From: an uncultured Candidatus Rokubacteria bacterium | Lineage (GTDB): Bacteria > Methylomirabilota > Methylomirabilia > Rokubacteriales > DASRDR01 | Reading direction: 5' to 3' | Length of the DNA stretch: 64,000 nucleotides | Assembly (NCBI GenBank): GCA_963805625.1 | Contig: CAWDVE010000010.1 | Coordinates: forward strand, 1 to 64,000 | In this document: piece by piece, positions 10,392 through 21,322 of the stretch | Position numbering within the stretch: the stretch's first letter is position 1 | Layout of the letters: each line of letters opens with the position of its first letter | Notes under the pieces: model-generated | What the model was told of the DNA's origin: nothing | The model's input: the letters and a program-made list of their open reading frames with translations, nothing else | Databases searched by the model: none | Translations under genes and position numbers: made by a program

Positions 10392-10406
10392 TTGTCTTAA
10401 ATCTCA

Positions 10407-10629
10407 GGATTTCCAATGAAGAATTCCATAGATTCCGAGTAATTGTCGGATCCTCGCTTATTGCGATGACCTGCGGCGGATCATCTCGTGTTATAATGTA
10501 TTATAAACAACTCATTGCCCCGCCGTGCCTCGGAGAGGCCCTGAGGCGGGGATCCTCCTGAAATTGCGATGGTTTAATGATTTTCATGGTTCGGGTGCGA
10601 ACTCCCGTTCATGCCCGTTTCAGCAGAAC
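10407..10629 (+). repeat. Modular intergenic repeat, locus 2 (partial module A)
   Basis: TGCCCCGCCGTGCCTCGGAGAGGCCCTGAGGCGGGGATCCTCCTGAAATT...GTTCATGCCCGTTTCAGCAGA; hairpin 1 is internally deleted. Confidence 0.9.
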
Positions 10630-10693
10630 ATTTAAAAAAACCGTGCCGGATTAAAATGACTGGAAACAGTGTTCCATTTTTCCCTTTTTCGTA

Positions 10694-11204
10694 TCAAATC
10701 ATCGCGAGCTGGTGGGAAACGGAAGGGATTACAAGAAGATTGTAAAAGTTCGTCTGGTACCCGTCAGGAAAGATGATCGTTGTCAGATCGGGTGAGAAAT
10801 CCGGAGAGATAAGCGGGGCAAACCAGTACTGGTCCAGCACGCTCTGCGCCTTTTCAAAAGAAATCGAAGGGGACACCATGGTTATCGTGTCTGCTCCTGG
10901 TACTGACCGAGGCAAACGAGGGGATAAGCACCCGGGCAGACGAGCCGGTTGCCTGGGTGACGGTTACCGGATGTTTCGAATTCGCATCAAATGCTTTCTT
11001 GAGCTCTGCTGCCGGATCTGAAATCCTGAAAAATATTGCACCCTCTTCAAACAGGGTCAGGTCATACTGCATGTCAACCTGTGCATCGCCGTCCGGTGCA
11101 AGTGTCATGGTAAGCGATTTAACCGTGAATGCCTCTACAGGCATGGCTGCAAACGCGAGGAGACAGACACCCGCGATAAGAATGCATATTTTTTTCAAAG
11201 CCAT
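10694..11204 (-). CDS. Secreted hypothetical protein (frameshift near 10900)
   Basis: Signal peptide MALKKICILIAGVCLLAFAAMPVEA; ORFs 10854-11204 and 10694-10915 join into about 170 aa. Confidence 0.7.
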
Positions 11205-11303
11205 TGGATGCAGGTTCGTTCATGTAATATAAATATATCATGGATAGTTCAGGTTATATTGATCTCAGTAATTATCTGCGTCGGCAGAACAGTGGGATCG
11301 CCT

Positions 11304-12308
11304 TTAAGCCGGGGACTGGCTGACAGAATCCGTCACCTGGTAACTATCAGCAATCCTGACAAATTCGGTGAAATGACGGCTCTTTTTAAAGAGCCACCAG
11401 GTAAAACGTTCGATAACGCTGAAATTGAACGAACCACCGGCAGCATTCGGGTGCCCCCCACCGCCAAATTCCCGGGCTATCAGGTGACTCACCGGGGGCA
11501 CGGACCGGAGGGAGAACTTCCCGTCCTTACTTATGATCACCTCGATATCGGTCTTCCTCTCGTTGCGGATGAAATGTGCCGTTTCGCTCGGGTAGCCGTA
11601 AAGGGGAGCAAATGCTATCCTGTACCGCTTTCCGGTGATAGTTGCATGCTTCAGGCTTCGCAGCATCATGGCATCCATCTCGTCTTTGATTTCTCTGAAC
11701 TCCTCGTCGATGAGGGGGTCGCTGAAGATGCCGGAGATGAGGCAGTCCCGCACGTGTTCCCGGTTCTTCTTACGCTGGAGAACCTGCCCAAGCACCGCTG
11801 AACGAGGATCGGTATGTTTCCAGAGATCATAATCACATACAACCCGGGCGACTTCTGCAGCTGTAGGGTTTTCCGGTGCAAGATCATGTGCGACAATACC
11901 GCATGCGCAGACCGTTGTATCAATGCGGAGCAACGCTACGTTCCGGGCAACTTTTGTAATTTCATCATCACGCCAGCGGTGATGGTCCCGCCACTCTACT
12001 TTCCAGCCATGGGTTTTCGCTGACCCGGCAATTCTTTCAGCCTCTTTGAAATACCCGAGATCTGAGATGGAGAGCAGATCACCTTTTCCCTCGCAGGAAG
12101 CAACCAGGGAAAAAAGCGCGGCAAATTTCCCTACCGAGCTCCAGATGGTGAATACATTACCCTTCCCGTATCTCATCCGGTGGATCGCATCGGCTCCGAC
12201 AGCGTCAAGATCATTGTGCGTGAGGTGGACGACATGCTCGGTGCGGCTTTTTATCGCAGCTGCCAGTCCTCCGTTTCCTTCTGTGGCACTCTTCTCTGCA
12301 AGGGGCAT
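11304..12308 (-). CDS. DHH/DHHA1 family phosphoesterase
   Basis: THNDLDAVG, SISDLG, RDHH, DYDLW, SLRS and GGGGHPNAAG motifs. Confidence 0.92.
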   Translation of the reverse strand: MPLAEKSATEGNGGLAAAIKSRTEHVVHLTHNDLDAVGADAIHRMRYGKGNVFTIWSSVGKFAALFSLVASCEGKGDLLSISDLGYFKEAERIAGSAKTHGWKVEWRDHHRWRDDEITKVARNVALLRIDTTVCACGIVAHDLAPENPTAAEVARVVCDYDLWKHTDPRSAVLGQVLQRKKNREHVRDCLISGIFSDPLIDEEFREIKDEMDAMMLRSLKHATITGKRYRIAFAPLYGYPSETAHFIRNERKTDIEVIISKDGKFSLRSVPPVSHLIAREFGGGGHPNAAGGSFNFSVIERFTWWLFKKSRHFTEFVRIADSYQVTDSVSQSPA

Positions 12309-12414
12309 CTGTTAATACTGCCATCGCGGTATATAAAAAAGAACGGTCACAGATACTCAGGTTATACTGCAGAGCAGATCATTTATTAGTCACGAGCGAC
12401 AACATTTGTATCCT

Positions 12415-12488
12415 GCCCTAGTAGCTCAGCTTGGGAGAGCGCTAGACTGAAGATCTAGTTGTCGCCTGTTCAAATCAGGCCTGGGGCA
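12415..12488 (+). tRNA. tRNA-Phe (GAA)
   Basis: GCCCTAG/CTGGGGC acceptor stem, CTAGA-CTGAAGA-TCTAG anticodon arm, T arm GCCTG-TTCAAAT-CAGGC; TTTATTA box about 30 bp upstream and a T-rich tract downstream. Confidence 0.97.
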
Positions 12489-12661
12489 CTATTATCATTT
12501 TTATTTTCTGGTTGGTTCACTCCCCTCCATTTCTGTGCCCGAACTGCACCACTCATGGAGCTTTTCTGCACCACATGATGCAAACGGTGGTGCACTTTCC
12601 GGGAAAGTAATAAGAGCTATCCTCTCAATTTCCTAGTATACACGTCTGGGAGATCTGGTGC

Positions 12662-14557
12662 ATGAGCGGGGAATATGAACGGGCGTTCCGTGAATCTGTG
12701 ACTGATCCGGAACATTTCTGGGGAGCGGCAGCAGAAAAAGTCCAATGGTATAAACAATACGAGCGGGTGCTCAACAGTACAAATCCCCCGTTTTATCGCT
12801 GGTTTGAAGGTGGGGTGATCAATACCTGTTATAATGCGCTTGACTATCATGTCGCGAACGGGCTGCAGGACCGTATTGCTCTTATCTATGACAGCCCGGT
12901 CACCCATACGGTAAAGCGCTACACCTATGGTGAACTGCTGGATCTTGTAGCGCGATGTGCCGGCGGGTTACAGCAGATGGGTGTCAGCAAGGGTGACCGC
13001 GTTGTGATCTATATGCCGATGATCCCGGAAGCCGTTATTGCGATGCTTGCCTGTGCACGCATCGGGGCTATCCATTCCGTGGTATTCGGAGGTTTTGCCG
13101 CACGGGAACTGGCTGCCCGCATTGAGGATGCAAAGCCCCGTGTGGTCATATCCGCATCGTGCGGGATTGAAGTCAGCCGCATTATCCCGTACCAGCCGCT
13201 CCTGGATGCTGCTCTCGACATGTGCACCCATAAACCCCGGACCTGTGTCGTGGTGCAGCGACCGGAATCGCCGGCGATTCTCAGAAAAGGGAGGGATATT
13301 GTCTGGAATACACTCCTTGACGCCGACCCTGTTGCCTGTGTCCCGTTACAGGCGACCGATCCTCTCTACCTGCTCTATACTTCCGGCACTACGGGAAAAC
13401 CAAAGGGGGTGGTGCGGGATAATGGCGGCCATCTCGTTGCACTCACCTGGAGCATGAAAAATATTTATGGAGTACAACCCGGCGATGTCTACTGGGCAGC
13501 CTCGGATATCGGGTGGGTGGTCGGGCATTCATATATCGTATATGGCCCCCTGTTTTATGGCTGCACCACCATTCTGTATGAGGGTAAATCTGTGGGGACG
13601 CCGGATGCCGGTGCATTCTGGCGTGTTATTGATGAACATGGTGTTTCAGTGCTATTTTGTGCTCCGACGGCGTTTCGTGCTATCCGCAAGGAAGATCCCG
13701 ATGGCAACCTCATAAAAAAATATAACCTGTCCGCGTTCCGGATGCTTTTCCTGGCGGGCGAGCGCTGTGATCCTGATACCCTTGTATGGGCACAGCAGCA
13801 CCTGAATGTACCTGTCATCGACCACTGGTGGCAGACTGAGACCGGCTGGGCTATTGGTGCGAACTGTGCCGGCCTCGAGCTCCTGCCGGTGAAGCCCGGT
13901 TCGTGCACAAAGCCGGTTTGCGGATATAATGTGCATGTGTTCGACGCTCACGGTGAGGAGGTACCCCCTGGTGAAAACGGAAATATCGTCGTTAAGCTGC
14001 CATTACCTCCCGGTTGTTTCACGACACTCTGGCAGAATGACAATGATTTTGTCAAGACCTATTTCTCAGCGTATCCCGGGTATTATCTGACATCTGATGC
14101 CGGGTATATTGATACGGATGGTTACCTGTGGATCATGGGAAGGACGGATGATATCATTAATGTTGCAGGGCACCGTCTTTCCACAGGTGCCATGGAAGAA
14201 GTGCTTGCATCGCACCCCGATGTCGCAGAATGTGCGGTTGCCGGGGTACATGACCCGGTGAAAGGAGAAGTACCCCTGGGTTTTGTTGTCCTGAAATCCG
14301 GGGTCATAAAAGGGCAGGATCTCATCGGACCCGAGCTCATTCTTTTGGTACGGCAGAAGATCGGCCCGATTGCATCTTTCAAGGCAGCTGCTGTTGTTAA
14401 ACGGCTGCCGAAAACCCGGTCAGGAAAGATCCTGCGGGGCACCATCAAAAAGATCGCAGATGGCGTTTCCTACCAGGTCCCTGCTACTATTGATGACCCG
14501 CTCATTCTTGATGAGATCACCATTACTCTCCGGCAGATGGGCTACCCGAAACGATAA
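12662..14557 (+). CDS. prpE: Propionyl-CoA synthetase-like acyl-CoA ligase
   Basis: LYTSGTTGKPKGVVRDNGGH, SDIGWVVGHSY, DHWWQTETGW and LPKTRSGKILR; the RDNGGH/GHSY pattern is typical of PrpE/ACSS3 rather than Acs. Confidence 0.85.
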   Translation: MSGEYERAFRESVTDPEHFWGAAAEKVQWYKQYERVLNSTNPPFYRWFEGGVINTCYNALDYHVANGLQDRIALIYDSPVTHTVKRYTYGELLDLVARCAGGLQQMGVSKGDRVVIYMPMIPEAVIAMLACARIGAIHSVVFGGFAARELAARIEDAKPRVVISASCGIEVSRIIPYQPLLDAALDMCTHKPRTCVVVQRPESPAILRKGRDIVWNTLLDADPVACVPLQATDPLYLLYTSGTTGKPKGVVRDNGGHLVALTWSMKNIYGVQPGDVYWAASDIGWVVGHSYIVYGPLFYGCTTILYEGKSVGTPDAGAFWRVIDEHGVSVLFCAPTAFRAIRKEDPDGNLIKKYNLSAFRMLFLAGERCDPDTLVWAQQHLNVPVIDHWWQTETGWAIGANCAGLELLPVKPGSCTKPVCGYNVHVFDAHGEEVPPGENGNIVVKLPLPPGCFTTLWQNDNDFVKTYFSAYPGYYLTSDAGYIDTDGYLWIMGRTDDIINVAGHRLSTGAMEEVLASHPDVAECAVAGVHDPVKGEVPLGFVVLKSGVIKGQDLIGPELILLVRQKIGPIASFKAAAVVKRLPKTRSGKILRGTIKKIADGVSYQVPATIDDPLILDEITITLRQMGYPKR

Positions 14558-14641
14558 AAGTCGGGTCTTTCATACCAGGTATTCAGAAAATCATAACCAG
14601 AAGAAATTTCAGGCAGGGATAGTACCGCGAGTTGATATTTA

Positions 14642-15622
14642 GTGCCGGTCAGCGTCTTTTATCCAAAAATGCCCTATAACTTTCATCTTAGTGCCATGAT
14701 CTTCTCGGGAGGTGACCCGCAGATACGGACCTACAAGGAGGGAATCTTCCGGCAGGTACTTGATATACAGGGGACCCCGGTGCTTGTGGATGTCTTTTCC
14801 AAAGGTACAGCAGACATGCCGGAATTGTATTTTACCATCCGCCCTGATGATGTTCTCGCAGAAAACGGGAATGCTGCAGCAGGCAACCTGATTTCTTCAA
14901 TGTTCAATATCCATGAGGATCTTGCCCCGTTCTACCGGGCAATGGAACAGGACAGGATCATGACATCCCTTATCAGCCAGTTGCGTGGGGTGAAAAGTCC
15001 GACCACACCCACCGTATTTGAGGCACTGGTGGATTCGATCATCGAACAACAGATTTCCCTGAAAGCAGCACACAGCGTAGAAAACCGGCTTATCCGGGCG
15101 CTGGGGACTCCTCTCGCACTTGGAGATAAGGTGTACTATAGTTACCCGACCCCGCACACGCTGGCAGATGCGACGGATTCAGTTTTTCGCGCCTGCGGCC
15201 TGACGCGCAGGAAAGGTGAGTATATTCGCGGGGTCTCGCAACAGATCCTCTCAGGAACATTGGATCCGGAGCATTTCAGGACTTACCCGGACACAGAGAT
15301 GATCATCAGTGAGCTCACAAAGATCCGGGGTATCGGGCAGTGGACCGCTGAGCTTACTATCCTCAGAGGACTGCACCGTCCTGATGTATTCCCTGCCGAT
15401 GATATAGGTGTCCGGCGATTTATCTCGCGTTACTACCTGGGGGATAAAAAAATCTCATCAGCAGAAGCCCGTTCATTTGCGGAACGATGGGGAACCTGGA
15501 AAGGGTATGCTGCATATTACCTTGAAATTGCAGACCTGCTTGGAATCAGCCCATCCGGACCTCTGAAACAGGTAATGAAGAATTATCCATACTCACATTC
15601 ATGCAAGAGCATGAGGTCGTAG
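14642..15622 (+). CDS. alkA: DNA-3-methyladenine glycosylase II (AlkA family)
   Basis: FEALVDSIIEQQIS, HhH motif LTKIRGIGQWTAE, FPADD. Confidence 0.9.
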   Translation: MPVSVFYPKMPYNFHLSAMIFSGGDPQIRTYKEGIFRQVLDIQGTPVLVDVFSKGTADMPELYFTIRPDDVLAENGNAAAGNLISSMFNIHEDLAPFYRAMEQDRIMTSLISQLRGVKSPTTPTVFEALVDSIIEQQISLKAAHSVENRLIRALGTPLALGDKVYYSYPTPHTLADATDSVFRACGLTRRKGEYIRGVSQQILSGTLDPEHFRTYPDTEMIISELTKIRGIGQWTAELTILRGLHRPDVFPADDIGVRRFISRYYLGDKKISSAEARSFAERWGTWKGYAAYYLEIADLLGISPSGPLKQVMKNYPYSHSCKSMRS

Positions 15623-15768
15623 AATCCAAAGAAGTATCGGACATCCCTTTACCAGAGTTCTTTATGAAAAAAATTCACAGTTCTCCGAATAAAAACGCTA
15701 TTCTTTTTAATCTTTAATGGTATAATGTTAATATGTCATGCTATAACATAGCAAAGTGGGTATAACCT

Positions 15769-17099
15769 ATGAAATACTCTGTCCTGTTCATCGCAAGTAT
15801 CCTTATTGTGGCTGTATTCATTGCCGGTTGTACGCAACAGCCTGCAACGCAACAACCTTCGACAACACAGGGGGTTATCAAGGTCGGTGTCATAGCTTCA
15901 TTGACCGGCCCCGCGAGCAATGTAGGCACCAACATGTGGCAGTCCGCCCAGGTCGCCGCCGACAAGATCAATTCCGAAGGGGGCGTTACCCTGAAAGATG
16001 GATCGAAAGCCCAGATCAGGCTTATTGTGGGCGACGATGAGTCAACCCAGCAGGGAGGCCAGAAGGCCGCGACCAAGCTCATTACCGATGACAAGGTAGA
16101 TATCCTGGTCGGCGGATATTCGAGCGCGGTTACCTCCTCGTATCAGCAGACCATCGCGGAATACAGGATCCCGTATATCGTCACCGGTGCATCAAGCCCG
16201 ATCATCACCCATCGCACGGACATCGACACCAGTTACGTCTTCCATCACTGCCCGACCACTGATACGTACGGGCAGTATACCACTATGTTCATCGACCAGG
16301 TGGTCCGTCCTGCGGTCAATAAAAAACTTGGCGCACCGGCAGACCGCCCGTTCCGGCTTGCCCTGCTCTACCAGGACACGGCATTCGGAAAGGGGATCCA
16401 GACCGCTGTGAACAACACCATCACGAAGAACAATCTCAATATACAGCTGGTTTCCCAGGAGAGTTTCAGGATGGGTGACAGCGACTTCCGGACACCGCTG
16501 ACCAAGATCAAGGCAGCGAATCCTGATGCCGTATATCTCGGAGCATTCCCGAACGAAGGAGCTCCCATCATTACCCAGGCACGGCGGGATATCGGTCTCA
16601 ATACGATATTCCTCAATGCAGAGAACAATGACAATGCCCAGTTCTATAAGGACCTCGGGCAGTACGGTGAAGGAGCAATTATCGAGAGCCGGTTTTCGCC
16701 CTATATCGCACCGGTCGGAGCTGTCGCGGACGCCCAGAATGCGTTTAAGCAGAGTTACTTTGCACGATTCGGGACCTACCCGGACATGATGGGTGCCTCA
16801 ACGTACGATGGTGTCTTCATCGCGGCACAGGTCAATCGAGAATGCGGGAACGACGGACAAGGCAGCAGTGCGACAGGCACTCGTTGACCTGGAGATGCCC
16901 CAGATTATCGAGGCGATGAAGGACCAGACCATGCTCGTTCTCTCCGGACTTCCGGGAGTCGACGTTCGATCTCTGGATGGAGCAGTTGTCATATAACGCC
17001 ACCCTCGGCGAGACCCGGCCTGTCATTGTCTGGCCTGACAACCTGAAGACCACGGACTTTGTCCTGCCGTCCTGGTATGTGGCAGGCAGCAGTTCGTAA
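15769..17099 (+). CDS. Branched-chain amino acid ABC transporter substrate-binding lipoprotein (frameshifts near 16830 and 16935)
   Basis: Lipobox FIAGC, IKVGVIASLTGP, VGGYSSAV; the C-terminus continues as IENAGTTDKAAVRQAL...IVWPDNLKTTDFVLPSWYVAGSSS*. Confidence 0.88.
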
Positions 17100-17170
17100 C
17101 CATTACCTCCCTTTTTTAATCCATGGCAGACTGATATATTGCATAGAGCCGGATCAGGGCTGATCGGATC

Positions 17171-18049
17171 ATGGACAATTTGGGGGTATTCCTGCAGATC
17201 ATTTTCTGGGGACTGTATGCCGGCTGCATCTATATCCTGCTCGCTACCGGGCTGAACCTGATCTTCGGCGTGATGAAGATTGTGAACTTCGCGCATGGCG
17301 AATTCCTGATGATCGGTGCCTATATCACCGCAACCATATTTTTTATTTCCGGCATCAACCCGTATCTTATCATCCTTCTTTCCATGCTCGCACTCATAGG
17401 TATAGGTGCTGTTGTCGAACGATTCTGCTTCCGCCCGATCCTCGGTACCGGGAAGCTCAACGAGATCTTTCTCTCCATTGGCCTCATCTACATATTCCAG
17501 AATGGGGCCGCCATCATATGGACTGATGAATGGCAGAGTGTAAAAAGCCCCTATGACGGTATTTCACTGCCATTCGGGTCACTTTCCGTCCCCCTTGATT
17601 ATATTCTCATCATGTTTTTCACCGCTGCCATTATCTGCGGGTTGTACCTCTTCTTAAAAAAGACGACGATTGGCATGCAGATGAGGGCAACGAGCCAGAA
17701 CCGGAAAGGTGCGATGCTTGTTGGTATCGATGTTGAACGCATCGACGTTATCAGTTTTGGCCTGGGGTGTGCACTTGCCGCGGCTGCAGGCACGCTCTGG
17801 ATCGTAAGCGGGCAGATCTTTAATCCGTACATGGGTTCGATCCCCGCGATCAAGGCTTTTGCAATTATCATCCTGGGAGGCCTTGGCAGCATCCCCGGTG
17901 CAATTATCGGAGGGTTGTTGATGGGCCTTGCAGAGAACGGGGCGGCATTTCTCCTTGGCGGTATATGGAAGGACGCGATCTCGTTTGTCATCCTTATCAT
18001 CGTACTCGTGGTGAGGCCGACCGGGTTATTCGGGGAAAAGGGGGATTAG
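17171..18049 (+). CDS. livH: Branched-chain amino acid ABC permease
   Basis: GLNLIFGVMKIVNFAHGEF, KAFAIIILGGLGS, RPTGLFG. Confidence 0.93.
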   Translation: MDNLGVFLQIIFWGLYAGCIYILLATGLNLIFGVMKIVNFAHGEFLMIGAYITATIFFISGINPYLIILLSMLALIGIGAVVERFCFRPILGTGKLNEIFLSIGLIYIFQNGAAIIWTDEWQSVKSPYDGISLPFGSLSVPLDYILIMFFTAAIICGLYLFLKKTTIGMQMRATSQNRKGAMLVGIDVERIDVISFGLGCALAAAAGTLWIVSGQIFNPYMGSIPAIKAFAIIILGGLGSIPGAIIGGLLMGLAENGAAFLLGGIWKDAISFVILIIVLVVRPTGLFGEKGD

Positions 18050-18052
18050 ACC

Positions 18053-19042
18053 ATGCATGTTAAGCGGGACGATATGGTAAAATACGGGACTGTCCTCGCG
18101 CTTGTCATTGCCCTGGCCATCCCGTTCCTCACTGACAGCATGTTCATCCTCAACCTTCTTGTCCTGATGCTGATCTTCATCATCTTTGCATCGGCGTGGA
18201 ACCTCCTCGCTTTCTCCGGGCAGGGATCGCTCGGGCACGCTGCTTTCTTTGGTATCGGGGCGTACGCATCAACCCTCATCGCTGCAAACAGCGGGATGTC
18301 CCCGTTCATCACCATCTTTCTCGGTGCAGCCGTAGCGGCATTTGTCGGGATCCTTATCGGCCTTACCTGTGTAAGGCTCAAGGAATGGTTCCTTGCCATG
18401 GTCACGTTCGGTTTTGCCATCATCGTCCAGACCCTGACGGTCAGCGTACTTGCTCCGGTTACCGGGGGCTGGGACGGTATCGCATCGAGCCGGCTCCTGA
18501 GCCCGTCAATCCCCGGCTACCAGCTGATTGAATACTATGCAGTCCTCGTCATCACCATCGCCTCTATAGCCGCAATCTGGTACATCATGAAGACACGGAT
18601 TGGCCTTGCATTTCTTGCAATCCGCGAAAACGAACTTGAAGCCCGGGCTGCGGGTATCGATCCGGTCCGTTACCGGCTCCTCGCATTTGCCCTCTCGGCC
18701 TATCTCGCGGGTGTTGCAGGAGCACTCCAGATCCACCACATCGGCTACCTTACACCTGAACTCTACGGCGTTGACAACTCGTTCTGGCCGGTTACCTACG
18801 TCATCCTCGGGGGATTAGGCACGCTTGCCGGACCGATAATCGGGACCATCGCACTTACCATTATCTGGGAGGGGCTCAAAGCAACCGGGCTCACCTTCGG
18901 AAGGTATGTCATCGTCGGGGTCATGCTTATCCTTGCCATCATCTTTCTGCCCCGCGGGCTCGTGAGCCTGCCGGAACAGGTGCAGGGATGGCTGAAACGA
19001 CGGAAAAGAAAAGAGCCCCTTCGGGAACCGGCTGATACCTGA
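18053..19042 (+). CDS. livM: Branched-chain amino acid ABC permease
   Basis: GQGSLGHAAFFGIGAY, AIRENELEA, ILGGLGTLAGP, LPRGL. Confidence 0.93.
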   Translation: MHVKRDDMVKYGTVLALVIALAIPFLTDSMFILNLLVLMLIFIIFASAWNLLAFSGQGSLGHAAFFGIGAYASTLIAANSGMSPFITIFLGAAVAAFVGILIGLTCVRLKEWFLAMVTFGFAIIVQTLTVSVLAPVTGGWDGIASSRLLSPSIPGYQLIEYYAVLVITIASIAAIWYIMKTRIGLAFLAIRENELEARAAGIDPVRYRLLAFALSAYLAGVAGALQIHHIGYLTPELYGVDNSFWPVTYVILGGLGTLAGPIIGTIALTIIWEGLKATGLTFGRYVIVGVMLILAIIFLPRGLVSLPEQVQGWLKRRKRKEPLREPADT

Positions 19043-19189
19043 CACTCTTTTTCCTCAGTGACGTGCGATGAAGAACTGAGTTTCGGGCTGGTTTATTCGG
19101 TTTATCGCATGTCAGACCGATTTTTCTGAAAGATTTCCGGAAATCGTACAGCAGATCCGATTGCAGGTTGAATCAGTATTTTGTGCTTG

Positions 19190-19805
19190 TGATGAACGTC
19201 GCCCATCCGACAGGGCACGCCCCCTGTGGCTGATCAACATACCTGAAATTTCAGGAAACTTTTCTACCCCGCCATGCCTCTGGAAGGTCATAAGACCGGG
19301 AACTCTCAAAAATAGTCTGCTTTTTACCATTTTTTGCATGAGTAGAAACGGGCATGAACGGGAATGGTTCGCACCCGAACCATGAAAAATCATTAAACCA
19401 TGTAATTTCAGGAGGATCCCCGCATCAGGCCTCTCCGAGGCACGGCGGGGCAGTGCGGTGTTTGCAAATATATTTACAGATACTGATCCGCCGCGGGGGC
19501 GCCCCGTCGGGGGCGGCGGGGTTCATCGCAAATAATTAAGGGATAAAAACATTCCACTAATGTACTCGAATCTGTCCAATTTTCATGGGAAATCATCAAA
19601 ATATTTTTCTTAACACTCTTTTGGGGCTACGGCAGGTAATGCCTCCGTCCCCGCCGCTGTGGCATCACCCCAGGAGAGATAACTCCAGAGATAGGTAATA
19701 CGACACAATCGCAAAGCTCAGGGGCGGTTCGGGAGGACAGGCACTGTCCCCTCCGTAAACCAGGTGCTTTGCAATTTGTTGAAAACTCAGGGTTTCTGCA
19801 GTGCC
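19190..19805 (-). repeat. Modular intergenic repeat, locus 3: full-length copy 19340-19805 (inverse of locus 4) preceded by a degenerate module A in the opposite orientation
   Basis: GTAGAAACGGGCATGAACGGG at the left end and GGGTTTCTGCAGTGCC at 19790-19805; both GC hairpins and the GGACAGGCACTGTCC hairpin are present. Confidence 0.9.
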
Positions 19806-19882
19806 CAGTTTTTATCATTCAGATAATCATTCTATCGATTGAAGAACCACCAGAAAGAACAATCCCCTGCCTTATCATCGTT

Positions 19883-20578
19883 TCAGAACCCGAGGTACGC
19901 TTTCTGGATGCGCGGGTCATGCAGGAGTGCTTTTGACGGGCCTTCCTGTACTATCCTCCCGTTTTCCAGCACATACCCCCGGTTGCACATGGCCAGTGCA
20001 TTCCGGACATTCTGCTCGAGCAGGAGGATGGTCATCCCTTCCCTGCCAAGCTGTTCGAGCGAGCGGAAGACCTGGCCGGTGAGAATGGGGGAGAGTCCGG
20101 TAGATGGTTCATCAAGGATAAGGAGACGCGGTTCCGACATCAGGGCCCGCCCGATAGCAAGCATCTGCTGCTCACCCCCGGAAAGCGTCCCGGCCTTCTG
20201 CTGCTGCCGCTCCTGCAGGACCGGGAAGAGACGGAAGATCCGGTCGAGTGTCCTGTCAGGGTCAGTCATGGCAGTCCCGCCAAGGAGGAGGTTCTCGATC
20301 ACGGGCATCGTCGGAAAGATCTCCCGCTTCTCGGGTACCAGGGCAAGTCCCTTCCGGAAGAGATCGTACGGGTGACTGCCAAGAATACTTTCACCATCAA
20401 ACAGAACCGAACCTGTCGCTTTCCGGTTGAGCCCCACGATGGTCTCGACCGTGGTTGTCTTGCCAGCCCCATTCGGGCCGATCATGGTCACAAGCTCACC
20501 TTTATCCACGTGGAACGAGAGGTTCCAGACAACCTGCAGGTTCCCATGGAAGACATTGAGATCTGAAACGGTAAGCAT
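19883..20578 (-). CDS. livF: Branched-chain amino acid ABC ATPase
   Basis: GPNGAGKTT, LSGGEQQM, LDEPS, LLEQN. Confidence 0.93.
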   Translation of the reverse strand: MLTVSDLNVFHGNLQVVWNLSFHVDKGELVTMIGPNGAGKTTTVETIVGLNRKATGSVLFDGESILGSHPYDLFRKGLALVPEKREIFPTMPVIENLLLGGTAMTDPDRTLDRIFRLFPVLQERQQQKAGTLSGGEQQMLAIGRALMSEPRLLILDEPSTGLSPILTGQVFRSLEQLGREGMTILLLEQNVRNALAMCNRGYVLENGRIVQEGPSKALLHDPRIQKAYLGF

Positions 20579-20593
20579 GAACGGTGTCCTCTC

Positions 20594-21322
20594 TCAGAAT
20601 GCGTCGATATCGCCAAGATATGTGTCGATGACCCTCTGGTTATTCACGACCTCATATGGCCTGCCATCCGCGATCTTCTCGCCATAGTCGAGCACGACAA
20701 TCCGGTCTGAGACTCCCATAATTACACTCATCACATGTTCTATGATCAGGATAGCGACACCTTGATCCCTTATCTTTTTAATGAGGTCCACTGCTTCATT
20801 ACTCTCCTTCGGGTTAAGCCCGGTGGTAAGCTCGTCGAGAAGGAGCAGCTTTGGTTTCGAAGCCAGAGCCCGTGCAAGCTGCACCCTTTTCAGTTCCACC
20901 ACATTTAAATTTTTAATGGTTGTGTCCCGTTTTTCTGCCGGGAAACCTACAAAATCAAGGATTTCTATCGCTTTTTTTCCTGCATCCGCCATGCTGATCG
21001 CACGGTGGTTACCAAACAACGCACCAATCATCGTGCATTCGTATGCGGTAAGTCCGGGAAAAGACTCAGCGATCTGGAACGTCTTGGCTATCCCTTTTTT
21101 ACAGATCCGGTCGGCTTTAAGCCCGGTGATATCTTCGTTATCAAATATGATTGTTCCTGAAGTCGGGGTACTGATGCCGGAAATCATATTGAGGAGCGTG
21201 GTTTTTCCTGCACCGTTGGGACCTACAAGCCCTACGATCTCGTTCTCCCCTAGTGAGAGATCGACATTATTCACCGCCCGAAGGCCGCCGATCTGTTTGG
21301 ATATACCCTTGAGTGTGAGCAT
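20594..21322 (-). CDS. livG: Branched-chain amino acid ABC ATPase
   Basis: GPNGAGKTT, LLLDE, IEHVM, C-terminal VIDTYLG. Confidence 0.93.
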   Translation of the reverse strand: MLTLKGISKQIGGLRAVNNVDLSLGENEIVGLVGPNGAGKTTLLNMISGISTPTSGTIIFDNEDITGLKADRICKKGIAKTFQIAESFPGLTAYECTMIGALFGNHRAISMADAGKKAIEILDFVGFPAEKRDTTIKNLNVVELKRVQLARALASKPKLLLLDELTTGLNPKESNEAVDLIKKIRDQGVAILIIEHVMSVIMGVSDRIVVLDYGEKIADGRPYEVVNNQRVIDTYLGDIDAF

